A stretch of 64,000 nucleotides of DNA from Macrostomum lignano (taxonomy: Eukaryota). The notes beneath the pieces are model-generated. The model worked only from the letters and a program-made list of their open reading frames with translations, had not been told where the DNA came from and ran no database searches. Below are positions 38,210 through 51,094 of this stretch, piece after piece; position 1 is the stretch's first letter; every line of letters begins with the position of its first letter. Location: the NCBI GenBank assembly GCA_002269645.1, contig NIVC01002291.1, forward strand, positions 124,001-188,000. Direction: 5' to 3'. A program made the position numbers and the translations under genes.

Positions 38210-39700
38210 CCCCTCATCCCCACTCATCCCCTACTCCTCATCCCCTCTCATCCCCTACTCCTCACGTCCCCTCTCATCCCCTACTCCTCATCCCCTCTCA
38301 TCCCCTACTCCTCATCCCCTCTCATCCCCTACTCCTCACGTCCCCTCTCATCCCCTACTCCTCATCCCCTCTCATCCCCTCTCATCCCCTACTCCTCACG
38401 TCCCCTCTCATCCCCTACTCCTCATCCCCTCTCATCCCCTACTCCTCACGTCCCCTCTCATCCCCTACTCCTCATCCCCCCTCATCCCCTACTCCTCATC
38501 CCCTCTCATCCCCTACTCCTCATCCCCTACTCCTCATCCCCTCTCATCCCCTACTCCTCACGTCCCCTCTCATCCCCTACTCCTCATCCCCTCTCATCCC
38601 CTACTCCTCATCCCCTCTCATCCCCTACTCCTCACGTCCCCTCTCATCCCCTACTCCTCATCCCCTCTCATCCCCTACTCCTCATCCCCTCTCATCCCCT
38701 ACTCCTCATCCCCTCTCATCCCCTACTCCTCATCCCCTCTCATCCCCTACTCCTCATCCCCTCTCATCCCCTACTCCTCATCCCCTCTCATCCCCTCTCA
38801 TCCCCTACTCCTCACGTCCCCTCTCATCCCCTACTCCTCATCCCCTCTCATCCCCTACTCCTCATCCCCTCTCATCCCCTACTCCTCACGTCCCCTCTCA
38901 TCCCCTACTCCTCATCCCCTCTCATCCCCTACTCCTCACGTCCCCTCTCATCCCCTACTCCTCATCCCCCCTCATCCCCTACTCCTCATCCCCTCCCATC
39001 CCCTACTCCTCACGTCCCCTCTCATCCCCTACTCCTCATCCCCTCTCATCCCCTACTCCTCACGTCCCCTCTCATCCCCTACTCCTCATCCCCTCTCATC
39101 CCCTACTCCTCATCCCCTCTCATCCCCTACTCCTCACGTCCCCTCTCATCCCCTACTCCTCATCCCCTCTCATCCCCTACTCCTCATCCCCTCTCATCCC
39201 CTACTCCTCATCCCCTCTCATCCCCTACTCCTCATCCCCTCTCATCCCCTACTCCTCATCCCCTCTCATCCCCTACTCCTCATCCCCTCTCATCCCCTCT
39301 CATCCCCTACTCCTCACGTCCCCTCTCATCCCCTACTCCTCATCCCCTCTCATCCCCTACTCCTCATCCCCTCTCATCCCCTACTCCTCACGTCCCCTCT
39401 CATCCCCTACTCCTCATCCCCTCTCATCCCCTACTCCTCACGTCCCCTCTCATCCCCTACTCCTCATCCCCTCTCATCCCCTACTCCTCATCCCCTCTCA
39501 TCCCCTACTCCTCACGTCCCCTCTCATCCCCTACTCCTCATCCCCTCTCATCCCCTACTCCTCATCCCCTCTCATCCCCTACTCCTCATCCCCTCTCATC
39601 CCCTACTCCTCACGTCCCCTCTCATCCCCTACTCCTCATCCCCTCTCATCCCCTACTCCTCATCATTATCCCCTACTCCTCATCATTATCCCCTACTCAT
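38210..39700. repeat. Pyrimidine-rich satellite (CATCCCCTACTCCT / CATCCCCTCT)
   Basis: About 1.5 kb of alternating 14- and 10-nt subunits. Confidence 0.95.
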
Positions 39701-39767
39701 CCCTCTGTTCTCCTCTTCCCCTTCAGTACCACATTCCTTCAATCCTCTTCATCCCTCCCAGCCTCAG

Positions 39768-41481
39768 TCAGTCCTTTCCGATCTCCGTCGTGTTCCGGTC
39801 TCTTTCAGCAGGACTCGGTCTCAGCTGCGCCAAGGAAACTCCGCCGCTGGTCCCCGAGGCCTGTCGTGGGCCGCCGCCACCGCCGCCGCCGCCGCCGCGA
39901 AGACCGCAGCAGCTGAGTAGAAAGGCGCGAAAATTGGGCATTATAATAAAAAAGATGACGGGATTCACGGCGCTATTCATGCTGATTAGAAACGAGTCGA
40001 GCAGCTGCAGGAACCAAGTCCCAGTCGAGTCCTCGTCAAGGCTGTCTAGAATGAACGTGACCGAGTCCAAGGCAAACAGGGCCACGAAGGCGAAGCTGGT
40101 GACTCCGGCGGTGACGGTCAGTCGTCTGGCGGCTGAGCTCGCCGACTTTCTCTGCCTGTCCGCGCCGCTGGCATTGCCGACGCCGCTGCTGGACCGGAGC
40201 AGGGCGACCACGATGGCCGAGTAGGTGACCAGGAACAGCAGGAACGGCAGGATCCAGAACAGGACTAAATTGGCCACGCCGAAGCCTGTGAGCTGAGCGG
40301 CGGTCAGGTGGTCCCAGTTGCAGTAGCGGTGCACACTTGGCGAGCTGTCGGCGCTATCGCTTCCGCTGCCGTTGAGCGTCTGCGGCGAGACCAGACTCTG
40401 CGAGTATGGCGCGAAGACCAGGCAGAACGGCACCTGCAGAGTGGGATAGTAGCTTGGATTAGTGTCTTACATGCAGTGTTCTAGTGTCTCAGTGTCTCAG
40501 TGTGTCAGTGTCTCAGTGTGTCAGTGTCTCAGTGTCTCAGTGTCTCAGTGTCTTAGTGTCTCAGTGTCTCAGTGTCTCAGTGTCTTAGTGTCTCAGTGTC
40601 TCAGTGTCTCAGTGTCTTAGTGTCTCAGTGTGTCAGTGTCTCAGTGTGTCAGTGTCTCAGTGTGTCAGTGTCTCAGTGTCTCAGTGTCTTAGTGTCTCAG
40701 TGTCTTAGTGTCTCAGTGTGTCAGTGTCTCAGTGTGTCAGTGTCTCAGTGTCTCAGTGTCTCAGTGTCTCAGTGTCTCAGTGTCTCAGTGTCTCAGTATC
40801 TCAGTGTCTCAGTATCTCAGTGTCTCAGTGTCAGTGTCACAGTATCTCAGTGTCTCAGTGTCAGTGTCTCAGTGTCTCAGTGTCTCAGTGTCAGTGTCTC
40901 AGTGTCTCAGTGTCTCAGTGTCTCAGTATCTCAGTTTCTCAGTATCTCAGTATCTCAGTATCTCAGTGTCTCAGTGTCTCAGTCTAGTTTTGCATGTCTG
41001 TCCCACAGCGTCTCCTGTCTTCCAATTCAAAGGGAATTCTTGCCTGCAAAAAGAAGGGCGAAGCGGTCACCAGTCCCATGAGGCAGTACAGCACAGTTTT
41101 CTTATGCAGTTTGTACCACAGCGGACTGCAGAGACAGAGGCAGCGTTCCAAGGACAGAGCCACCAGATTGTAGACACTCATGCTGACGAAGGTCCAGTAG
41201 ATCAGTTGACTGAACACGATGGCGCAGAATGCCGTCCAAGCCACCTCCGAGCTGCCTCCATCCTGTAGCGGTTCCAGGATGAACGACTTCCGGTACTGCA
41301 CCAGCAGCAGGCTGGACAGCATGACGCCCAGGTCGATGACAGACTGACTGCGAAACAGGACAGTGCAGGCCCAGTTGCCGATCTTTTCACGAAAGGTGAA
41401 ACCGAGGAACAGCAGGTTCAGGAGGCAACCGATCGACTGGATGGCGGTCTTTGCGATGTCGAATCCCACTTGGAAATTCAT
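39768..41481 (-). CDS. Rhodopsin-class (class A-like) GPCR, about 367 aa. Exons 41481-41044 and 40433-39768
   Basis: Hydrophobic helices, LVALSLERCLC (DRY-like) and NSAVNPVIFF (NPxxY-like); in-phase joining requires a GC-AG intron; an alternative upstream ATG near 41592 is possible. Confidence 0.85.
40480..40985. repeat. (TCTCAGTG)n 8-bp intronic repeat
   Basis: Fills the GPCR intron. Confidence 0.95.
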
Positions 41482-41814
41482 TTTTCGGTGCTGATTTCGG
41501 GGGCTAAGGAAACTTGATAGAGAGTCGGCAGAGGGCCAGTTGCGGGTTAAGCTGGGAGGGTTTTTATTTACACGGCTCTGCAGCCCAGCCATTGGACGAC
41601 GCAATGGACAGTGTAAAGTAGGCGGTCATCAGGGGGACTGTTCTCAATACTGAAGAAGCGGGCTAACTGGTGATATTGAGCACAGACTCACACAGAATGT
41701 ACGCAGCGGCCCTGACTTGAATGTCAATTAATCGGACGCAGGCGGAATTGGATCAATGAACTGGTCGGTTAGACAGCTACGAGCGTATCAACATGAGATG
41801 TTGACTTCATCAAC

Positions 41815-43050
41815 ATCCAGTTGTGAAGTCAGTGACCGTCATGAGATAATCTGGCTGTAAAGTCTGTGACCATCATGAGATAATCTGGTTGTGAAGTCTA
41901 TGACCGTCATGAGATAATCTGGCTGTGAAGTCAGTGACCGTCATGAGATAATCTGGCTGTGAAGTCTGTGACCGTCATGAGATAATCTGGCTGTGAAGTC
42001 AGTGACCGTCATGAGATAATCTGGCTGTGAAGTCAGTGACCGTCATGAGATAATCTGGTTGTAAAGTCTGTGACCGTCATGAGATAATCTGGTTGTGAAG
42101 TCAGTGACCGTCATGAGATAATCTGGTTTTGAAGTCAGTGACCGTCATGAGATAATCTGGTTGTAAAGTCTGTGACCGTCATAACATAAACTGGTTCTGA
42201 AGTCAGTGACCGTCATGAGATAAGGTGGCTGTGAAGTCAGTGACCGTCATGAGATAAGGTGGCTGTAAAGTCAGTGACCGTCATGAGATAATCTGGCTGT
42301 AAAGTCTGTGACTATCATGACATAAACTGGTTCTGAAGTCTGTGACGGTCATGAGATAATCTGGTTGTAAAGTCAGTGACCGTCATGAGATAATCTGGTT
42401 GTGAAGTCTGTGACCGTCATGAGATAAGGTGGCTGTGAAGTCAGTGACCGTCATGAGATAATCTGGCTGTGAAGTCAGTGACCGTCATGAGATAATCTGG
42501 TTGTAAAGTCAGTGACCGTCATGAGATAATCTGGTTTTGAAGTCAGTGACCGTCATGAGATAATCTGGTTTTGAAGTCAGTGACCGTCATGAGATAATCT
42601 GGCTGTGAAGTCAGTGACCGTCATGAGATAATCTGGTTGTAAAGTCAGTGACCGTCATGAGATAATCTGGCTGTAAAGTCAGTGACCGTCATGAGATAAT
42701 CTGGTTTTGAAGTCAGTGACCGTCATGAGATAATCTGGCTGTGAAGTCAGTGACCGTCATGAGATAATCTGGTTGTAAAGTCAGTGACCGTCATGAGATA
42801 ATCTGGTTTTGAAGTCAGTGACCGTCATGAGATAATCTGGTTTTGAAGTCAGTGACCGTCATGAGATAATCTGGTTTTGAAGTCAGTGACCGTCATGAGA
42901 TAATCTGGCTGTGAAGTCAGTGACCGTCATGAGATAATCTGGTTGTAAAGTCAGTGACCGTCATGAGATAATCTGGTTGTAAAGTCAGTGACCGTCATGA
43001 GATAATCTGGCTGTGAAGTCAGTGACCGTCATGAGACAATCTGGTTGTGA
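41815..43050. repeat. 34-bp minisatellite (GTGAAGTCAGTGACCGTCATGAGATAATCTGGCT)
   Basis: About 36 copies upstream of the GPCR. Confidence 0.95.
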
Positions 43051-44397
43051 ATTCATTTTCAATGCAATCAGAATGAACAGCTAAAAATTGTAGGTTCGAA
43101 CCTATAGCTGCATGGGTATACTTCTTTAAATTGCATTCTTGCCGTTCCAGACCTAAAAAAATTGCATGACATAATGACTTCTCTTTTAAATTGTTCCTTC
43201 TTCTAACAAATCAATGTAATCAAAGGCAATAATGGAAAGGTTGTTTACCCCTAACTTCTTCTTTACAAATCAAAGGTAAGCAAAGGCAATGGAAAGGCTG
43301 TTTACTCCTAAACTATACCTGTCTTTATATGAGTCGTTGGAAACAAATTTTGCTCTAAGCAGGGGCCTAAATGAACAAGAACAAAATTTATCGATGATAT
43401 CACAGGCAACTTCCCCAATCCGAATGCTATTTTTTGGATTGAACCAATATTTTGAGAGAAAAACAAGCTATATCTACATGTAGCTATTAACCAAGTCCCA
43501 AACTACACTGACATGCATCATCTACTCAAGTTCAGGTCCTTCCATCCAGAGCACTCGTTTGGAGAGGAATCCACAGGTTCTCAGATTGGCAAGTTTATTT
43601 GACAAAAGATCCAACTTCTTTGAAGCAATCAATAATACCATTGACCCGGGACAGGGGAATTCCTAACAAGAGGATTTTAAAACTGGTTTCAGTACCAGCT
43701 AAAGGTACAAAATAGTTGCTCTCGGCCCACTGCCTCTTTGTACTAGTTGCTTTTAATTTGTAAGCCCTTGACCAGCTTCAAAGGGCCTGTCAACTTAAGC
43801 TCAAGTGGAGCTTAGTGGAGCCCTAAATTGGAGCCCGATTGCTGTAACCTATGTACTCAATGATATATACATGCACGTCATTCTGCTTACTGCAGTGACA
43901 CCCAGAAGCTGGATTTCGCAAAAAGGTGACAAAAATTGGACCATGAGATATAAGGAGAGTGTGACGTTGCCAGTTTAAGGTGGTCCCGAAAAGGGCCGTT
44001 GGACTGCTGTTTCTCTATAGTTTCAACCCTTCAGTTTCACCGTTCCAACTAAACTTTTCCATTTGTTTATTGCGACGTTTACTTGTAGTAGTGCCCAACG
44101 ATTTTGTGGCAATTTCTAATTCACTGTATATTTTGCTATCCTCTCTCGCGACCGTATAAAATTGGCACGATCAATAATTTCAAGTTCTCTCGCCAGCCAA
44201 TGAAAACTCTCCGTGTTTTACGCTACCCCCTTTTTGCGCTCTTTATTAACCCTCGCCTGGCGGGCTGGGGGTTTCACTCGTCCCTGTTCTTGTGTTCGGT
44301 GTTCTCTCTCCTTAGGCTTGTCCTCCGTCCCGTCTGGCTTGCCTAGCCTTGTCTAGCCTTGTTTTCCTTCTCTCTGTCTGGCTGCCTCGGGTCTACG

Positions 44398-44730
44398 ATG
44401 TTTGCCTGCCGGACGTTTGCCAGCCGACGTTTGCCTGCGGGACGTTTGCCAGCCGACGTTTGCCAGCCGACGTTTGCCAGCCGACGTTGGCCAGCGGGAC
44501 GTTTGCCAGCCGACGTTTGCCTGCGGGACGTTTGCCAGCCGGCGTTTGCCTGCGGGACGTTTGCCAGCCGACGTTTGCCAGCCGACGTTTGCCTGCGGGA
44601 CGTTTGCCTGCCGACGTTTGCCTGCTGGACGTTTGCCTGCGGGAAGTTTGCCAGCCGACGTTTGCCAGCGGGACGTTTGCCAGCCGACGTTTGCCAGCCG
44701 ACGTTTGCCTGCGGGACGTTTGCCAGCCGG
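44398..44730 (-). repeat. GGCAAACGTC-based repeat array, reverse orientation
   Basis: GACGTTTGCC units, the reverse complement of the array at 45545-46085. Confidence 0.92.
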
Positions 44731-45544
44731 ACAGTCGCAGGCGGCAATTGGTTAAATAAGTATGCCCTCTCTAGGCTTACAACTTGCATTTGAAAACTGT
44801 GGACATAGCACTAATAATTCCACTTTGCTGCCTACTAACTGCTATTAAATATACAGGTTACTACGCTCGTAACAAACTACTTAGAACTTAGAACGCTCTT
44901 CGTCTTATTGATATTTTAGGTAGGTTTTAGTAACATGCATGTATGTACCAAAGCAACTGATGTAACCAAAACTTTCCGAACTAGCAGAACCAAAGCGTCA
45001 CTGACAATAAAGTCAGTAAGAAGACGAGGCGTCTCAGAACTAAAACACTCAGAGTTGGCAATGACACGAAAGTGGTACAGTACTGGTAATTGATTTCAAG
45101 TTGTATTTCAGGTTATCCAACTCTTCTACCGCTTGCTAATCAGATCCACTTCGCGATTTCAGATAACCTAGCGTGGAGCTGGCACTGGCAACATACTGCA
45201 CTGTACAACAGTCTAGAACCCCAAGGAAACGGCATCTTCTACTTCTTTCTCGCATTCAAGTCAACTGTGATTCTGAGAAAGGGTAAGCTGCACTCCGAAG
45301 TTTTGAACAAGAAATAACAAACACAAAGACAACTGTACGTCCGGACGAAAATATTTTAATAACTAATTAAGAACAAACAGCAAATCAATGAATACTAAAT
45401 ATATTGGTAAAATTTGTTAGTTAATTATTTCGCCACTCAGCTGAAAATGGTGGGGCATACACGAAACTTTTTACGAGTATATATTTAGTTTTTATAATGT
45501 TACAACTGCTAAATATAGCATAAATATATATAGCTAAATATATA

Positions 45545-46085
45545 GCAGTTGGCTGGCAAATGTCGGCTGGCAAACGTCCCGCAGGCAAACGTCGGCTGGC
45601 AAACGTCGGCTGGCAAACGTCGGCTGGCAAACGTCCTGCAGGCAAACGTCCTGCAGGCAAACGTCCTGCAGGCAAACGTCCTGCAGGCAAACGTCGGCTG
45701 GCAAACGTCGGCTGGCAAACGTCCTGCAGGCAAACGTCCTGCAGGCAAACGTCCTGCAGGCAAACGTCCTGCAGGCAAACGTCGGCTGGCAAACGTCGGC
45801 TGGCAAACGTCCTGCAGGCAAACGTCCTGCAGGCAAACGTCGGCTGGCAAACGTCGGCTGGCAAACATCGGCTGGCAAACGTCGGCTGGCAAACGTCGGC
45901 TGGCAAATGTCGGCTGGCAAACGTCGGCTGGCAAACGTCCCGCAGGCAAACGTCCCGCAGGCAAACGTCGGCTGGCAAACGTCCCGCAGGCAAACGTCGG
46001 CTGGCAAACGTCGGCTGGCAAACGTCGACTGGCAAACTTCCCGCAGGCAAACGTCGGCTGGCAAACGTCCCGCAGGCAAACGTCG
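45545..46085 (+). repeat. GGCAAACGTC-based repeat array
   Basis: Tandem 14-15-nt units; shorter versions occur in each 1198-bp copy. Confidence 0.92.
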
Positions 46086-46312
46086 CTATCTCGGCTGCCT
46101 CGAGCCTCCTTATCTCACGCCACGGCTGACGCCAACCTCGCCACTGCTCATCTGCCTGCCTACTGCGTCTCACTGCCTTCACTGTGCTCATTGCCATTGC
46201 TCATCACGTTACTGTTCTGTTGTTGTATTAACGAACGCAGAAACAAGATGGATAATTATCCGGGCGCTCAGTGGCACCAAAAGAAGGGGACTTGGCCAAT
46301 AGGAGGGCGGCT

Positions 46313-46412
46313 CGTATATTTATGCACGCGGGGAAGGAAAGTTCTAGAAAGACCGGGGAAGGAAACTTCTGGAACTATGCGTAAACAAGTCCGCGGTGGA
46401 AGTTTCTAGAAA
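46313..46412 (-). promoter_or_regulatory. Heat-shock-type promoter: three HSEs plus a TATA-like box (repeated at +1198, +2396, +3594)
   Basis: GAAagTTCtaGAA (46337-46349), GAAacTTCtgGAA (46362-46374) and GAAgtTTCtaGAA (46399-46411) each match GAAnnTTCnnGAA; CATAAATATA on the minus strand at 46315-46324. Confidence 0.75.
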
Positions 46413-49400
46413 CGCTGTCCCCGAACTACGAACTACCCCTACGCATCGCGTGCCTTTGCAATACACAACAGTTACGACGCCATTGCATCATTCGTCTGCC
46501 ACTTGACTTCACATTCAAGTTATCTTCAAAAACCATTGTTGCAGCCGCCAGTGCCCAGAAAGCTATAGTTTGTGTATTGACAGTAATAACCAAGCCTAAT
46601 ATTGATACTACCAATAAAAACAACTACGGCAGTTCCTGCCTTTATCGCCAAGTGCTCCGCTACAAAATCCGCTTTACAAGAGTTGACTTCAACTTATTTT
46701 GAGACTACGACTCACTACAACTCTCGTCAAAACGGCCCTTTTAAGGGTCATAGCCATAGTTAGCCGCTACGCCAATAACGTGACAAGAGAACAAGCAACA
46801 GGAACAGGGGAGAGAACAGGGGGATAGTTAGGGACTCCAATTTATAAGATTAAGATGACAGGCCCTTTTATAATCTCAAAATAATCTCAAATTATAAAGT
46901 CAGTAAGAAGACGAGGCGTCTCAGAACTAAAACACTCAGAGTTGGCAATGACACGAAAGTGGTACAGTACTGGTAATTGATTTCAAGTTGTATTTCAGGT
47001 TATCCAACTCTTCTACCGCTTGCTAATCAGATCCACTTCGCGATTTCAGATAACCTAGCGTGGAGCTGGCACTGGCAACATACTGCACTGTACAACAGTC
47101 TAGAACCCCAAGGAACTTCTGGGACGCAGGCAAACGTCCCGCAGGCAAACGTCGGCTGGCAAACGTCCCGCAGGCAAACGTCGGCTGGCAAACGTCGGCT
47201 GGCAAACGTCGACTGGCAAACGTCGACTGGCAAACTTCCCGCAGGCAAACGTCGGCTGGCAAACGTCCCGCAGGCAAACGTCGCTATCCCGGCTGCCTCG
47301 AGCCTCCTTATCTCACGCCACGGCTGACGCCAACCTCGCCACTGCTCATCTGCCTGCCTACTGCGTCTCACTGCCTTCACTGTGCTCATTGCCATTGCTC
47401 ATCACGTTACTGTTCTGTTGTTGTATTAACGAACGCAGAAACAAGATGGATAATTATCCGGGCGCTCAGTGGCACCAAAAGAAGGGGACTTGGCCAATAG
47501 GAGGGCGGCTCGTATATTTATGCACGCGGGGAAGGAAAGTTCTAGAAAGACCGGGGAAGGAAACTTCTGGAACTATGCGTAAACAAGTCCGCGGTGGAAG
47601 TTTCTAGAAACGCTGTCCCCGAACTACGAACTACCCCTACGCATCGCGTGCCTTTGCAATACACAACAGTTACGACGCCATTGCATCATTCGTCTGCCAC
47701 TTGACTTCACATTCAAGTTATCTTCAAAAACCATTGTTGCAGCCGCCAGTGCCCAGAAAGCTATAGTTTGTGTATTGACAGTAATAACCAAGCCTAATAT
47801 TGATACTACCAATAAAAACAACTACGGCAGTTCCTGCCTTTATCGCCAAGTGCTCCGCTACAAAATCCGCTTTACAAGAGTTGACTTCAACTTATTTTGA
47901 GACTACGACTCACTACAACTCTCGTCAAAACGGCCCTTTTAAGGGTCATAGCCATAGTTAGCCGCTACGCCAATAACGTGACAAGAGAACAAGCAACAGG
48001 AACAGGGGAGAGAACAGGGGGATAGTTAGGGACTCCAATTTATAAGATTAAGATGACAGGCCCTTTTATAATCTCAAAATAATCTCAAATTATAAAGTCA
48101 GTAAGAAGACGAGGCGTCTCAGAACTAAAACACTCAGAGTTGGCAATGACACGAAAGTGGTACAGTACTGGTAATTGATTTCAAGTTGTATTTCAGGTTA
48201 TCCAACTCTTCTACCGCTTGCTAATCAGATCCACTTCGCGATTTCAGATAACCTAGCGTGGAGCTGGCACTGGCAACATACTGCACTGTACAACAGTCTA
48301 GAACCCCAAGGAACTTCTGGGACGCAGGCAAACGTCCCGCAGGCAAACGTCGGCTGGCAAACGTCCCGCAGGCAAACGTCGGCTGGCAAACGTCGGCTGG
48401 CAAACGTCGACTGGCAAACGTCGACTGGCAAACTTCCCGCAGGCAAACGTCGGCTGGCAAACGTCCCGCAGGCAAACGTCGCTATCCCGGCTGCCTCGAG
48501 CCTCCTTATCTCACGCCACGGCTGACGCCAACCTCGCCACTGCTCATCTGCCTGCCTACTGCGTCTCACTGCCTTCACTGTGCTCATTGCCATTGCTCAT
48601 CACGTTACTGTTCTGTTGTTGTATTAACGAACGCAGAAACAAGATGGATAATTATCCGGGCGCTCAGTGGCACCAAAAGAAGGGGACTTGGCCAATAGGA
48701 GGGCGGCTCGTATATTTATGCACGCGGGGAAGGAAAGTTCTAGAAAGACCGGGGAAGGAAACTTCTGGAACTATGCGTAAACAAGTCCGCGGTGGAAGTT
48801 TCTAGAAACGCTGTCCCCGAACTACGAACTACCCCTACGCATCGCGTGCCTTTGCAATACACAACAGTTACGACGCCATTGCATCATTCGTCTGCCACTT
48901 GACTTCACATTCAAGTTATCTTCAAAAACCATTGTTGCAGCCGCCAGTGCCCAGAAAGCTATAGTTTGTGTATTGACAGTAATAACCAAGCCTAATATTG
49001 ATACTACCAATAAAAACAACTACGGCAGTTCCTGCCTTTATCGCCAAGTGCTCCGCTACAAAATCCGCTTTACAAGAGTTGACTTCAACTTATTTTGAGA
49101 CTACGACTCACTACAACTCTCGTCAAAACGGCCCTTTTAAGGGTCATAGCCATAGTTAGCCGCTACGCCAATAACGTGACAAGAGAACAAGCAACAGGAA
49201 CAGGGGAGAGAACAGGGGGATAGTTAGGGACTCCAATTTATAAGATTAAGATGACAGGCCCTTTTATAATCTCAAAATAATCTCAAATTATAAAGTCAGT
49301 AAGAAGACGAGGCGTCTCAGAACTAAAACACTCAGAGTTGGCAATGACACGAAAGTGGTACAGTACTGGTAATTGATTTCAAGTTGTATTTCAGGTTATC

Positions 49401-51094
49401 CAACTCTTCTACCGCTTGCTAATCAGATCCACTTCGCGATTTCAGATAACCTAGCGTGGAGCTGGCACTGGCAACATACTGCACTGTACAACAGTCTAGA
49501 ACCCCAAGGAACTTCTGGGACGCAGGCAAACGTCCCGCAGGCAAACGTCGGCTGGCAAACGTCCCGCAGGCAAACGTCGGCTGGCAAACGTCGGCTGGCA
49601 AACGTCGACTGGCAAACGTCGACTGGCAAACTTCCCGCAGGCAAACGTCGGCTGGCAAACGTCCCGCAGGCAAACGTCGCTATCCCGGCTGCCTCGAGCC
49701 TCCTTATCTCACGCCACGGCTGACGCCAACCTCGCCACTGCTCATCTGCCTGCCTACTGCGTCTCACTGCCTTCACTGTGCTCATTGCCATTGCTCATCA
49801 CGTTACTGTTCTGTTGTTGTATTAACGAACGCAGAAACAAGATGGATAATTATCCGGGCGCTCAGTGGCACCAAAAGAAGGGGACTTGGCCAATAGGAGG
49901 GCGGCTCGTATATTTATGCACGCGGGGAAGGAAAGTTCTAGAAAGACCGGGGAAGGAAACTTCTGGAACTATGCGTAAACAAGTCCGCGGTGGAAGTTTC
50001 TAGAAACGCTGTCCCCGAACTACGAACTACCCCTACGCATCGCGTGCCTTTGCAATACACAACAGTTACGACGCCATTGCATCATTCGTCTGCCACTTGA
50101 CTTCACATTCAAGTTATCTTCAAAAACCATTGTTGCAGCCGCCAGTGCCCAGAAAGCTATAGTTTGTGTATTGACAGTAATAACCAAGCCTAATATTGAT
50201 ACTACCAATAAAAACAACTACGGCAGTTCCTGCCTTTATCGCCAAGTGCTCCGCTACAAAATCCGCTTTACAAGAGTTGACTTCAACTTATTTTGAGACT
50301 ACGACTCACTACAACTCTCGTCAAAACGGCCCTTTTAAGGGTCATAGCCATAGTTAGCCGCTACGCCAATAACGTGACAAGAGAACAAGCAACAGGAACA
50401 GGGGAGAGAACAGGGGGATAGTTAGGGACTCCAATTTATAAGATTAAGATGACAGGCCCTTTTATAATCTCAAAATAATCTCAAATTTTATCAACCTGCC
50501 GTACTGCAAACAATTGTATAGTAATCAACAACAGCAACAAGATATTTGCATGCCGGCGCGAAAGGTCAAAAAGAATATACATAAAGATCACCGCGAACAA
50601 AATTATTCGTAAAAGCATCGAGTTCTCAGCTATGTCAGAGTCAGAGGAATGACCTGCAACTTGGTACGAATGAAGTGCTACCTAGCTTATCCTCTTAAAG
50701 TCGCGACTACCTCTATACAGTACTACACAGTATGTGCAGGCGCTTGTTGGTCCGACCAGTCCAGTGCAGCTATATAACTTGTAGCGGTGTTGAAAAAATA
50801 AGGCGTGGGGTGGTGGGTTCTTAGGTAATTTGATTTATCGCGGAATTTTCTAGAATTGCAATTCATGCTACTATACAAACGAGTTGCCAAAATTACGCTT
50901 ATGCACATATTTAAGTAAAAAAATGCTTTTTTAACTTTTTAATTAGTATTTAAAACTCTAGTATACTAGCTAAGGTGAGTTTTAACGTAATAAAATTATT
51001 CCTTTAGTATTAGAATTGTTATATTAAGTAGTGGTTTATATCGCTTTCAGATTCAAACAGCATCATCTTAAGTAGAGTTACAGCTGATTGATAG

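Larger units (their letters stand above)
45007..50487. repeat. Tandem macro-repeat: one 1887-bp copy plus three 1198-bp copies (46894, 48092, 49290)
   Basis: Identical ORF calls at a 1198-bp offset; the first copy has extra sequence after CCCCAAGGAA. Confidence 0.95.

Noticed and set aside
43100-44100. Possible degenerate retroelement fragment (low CpG)
   Set aside because: No interpretable protein motif found in any frame
44343-46409. ORFs rich in QTSAGKR/DVCQP repeats
   Set aside because: All six frames are open because of the GGCAAACGTC repeat; no evidence of coding
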